Source of the DNA: Candidatus Altimarinota bacterium
GTDB taxonomy: Bacteria > Patescibacteriota > Gracilibacteria > CAIRYL01 > GCA-016699755
Assembly (NCBI GenBank): GCA_963664295.1
Contig: OY760935.1
Location: 416,001 to 480,000 of the forward strand
Length of the DNA: 64,000 nucleotides
Reading direction: 5' to 3'
Shown here: positions 63,831 through 64,000 of the stretch, one piece after another
Layout of the letters: each line of letters opens with the position of its first letter
Numbering within the stretch: the stretch's first letter is position 1
Notes under the pieces: model-generated
What the model saw: the letters and a program-made list of their open reading frames with translations, nothing else
Told to the model about the DNA's origin: nothing
Databases searched by the model: none
Program-made: the position numbers and the translations under genes

Positions 63831-64000
63831 CTAAAGAACCTCTCTGGGTAAAAAATAAATATACATAGCGCTAAAAAAACAAAAAACAGACATAACAATA
63901 AACATAGCTCCAAAACCAAAAATGGTAACAACCAAACCGCCAACAATAGCACCTATTGCACCAGTGAAATAATTAATCGCCTCCCAGGCTCCCCATTCTT
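63831..64000 (-). CDS. C-terminal fragment of an MFS-like transporter (cut by window edge)
   Basis: Manually translated EWGAWEAINYFTGAIGAIVGGLVVTIFGFGAMFIVMSVFCFFSAMYIYFLPREVL*. Confidence 0.7.
   Translation of the reverse strand, partial: EWGAWEAINYFTGAIGAIVGGLVVTIFGFGAMFIVMSVFCFFSAMYIYFLPREVL

Noticed and set aside
63815-63952. Hydrophobic N-terminal extension of ORF 63461-63952
   Set aside because: It overlaps the C-terminus of the upstream MFS gene in another frame; ATG at 63814 is the more plausible start.

Overview
Low-GC bacterial chromosomal segment that looks like Patescibacteria (CPR), most like the Peregrinibacteria/Gracilibacteria class. This is inferred from VirB2-like pilin clusters, VirB6/VirD4-like genes, SLH proteins, a short ProRS and starts lacking Shine-Dalgarno sequences. 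TGA is used as a stop, so the code is table 11. Housekeeping genes: argS, metG, proS, recF, nth, xth, lepA, rplS, rpsT, ruvX, rsmA, murA, tRNA-fMet and tRNA-Arg(CCT). Scattered metabolic genes: class II-like purE, pdxS, por gamma/delta/alpha, carA, cysK, rfbB. There are also many surface/secretion genes. The most striking non-annotated signals are: (1) a leaderless 15-codon CCC (tri-cysteine) leader peptide with a complete pause/antiterminator/terminator set directly upstream of cysteine synthase, i.e. a candidate Cys-sensing transcription attenuator; (2) tRNA-fMet embedded in an 83-bp-period array, with 5'-half copies upstream and 3'-half copies downstream; (3) an antisense T-arm copy abutting the CCA end of tRNA-Arg; (4) a second orphan leaderless sORF/terminator unit; (5) a family of GTCAT-headed REP-like palindromic modules at three loci; (6) a 1676-aa protein with a clan-CD-like His/Cys protease motif, a pilin ending in a knottin-like Cys motif, and a WxL/pilus-like, S-layer, orphan binding protein, HAMP-PP2C gene run. 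All calls come from reading motifs by eye; no searches were run.
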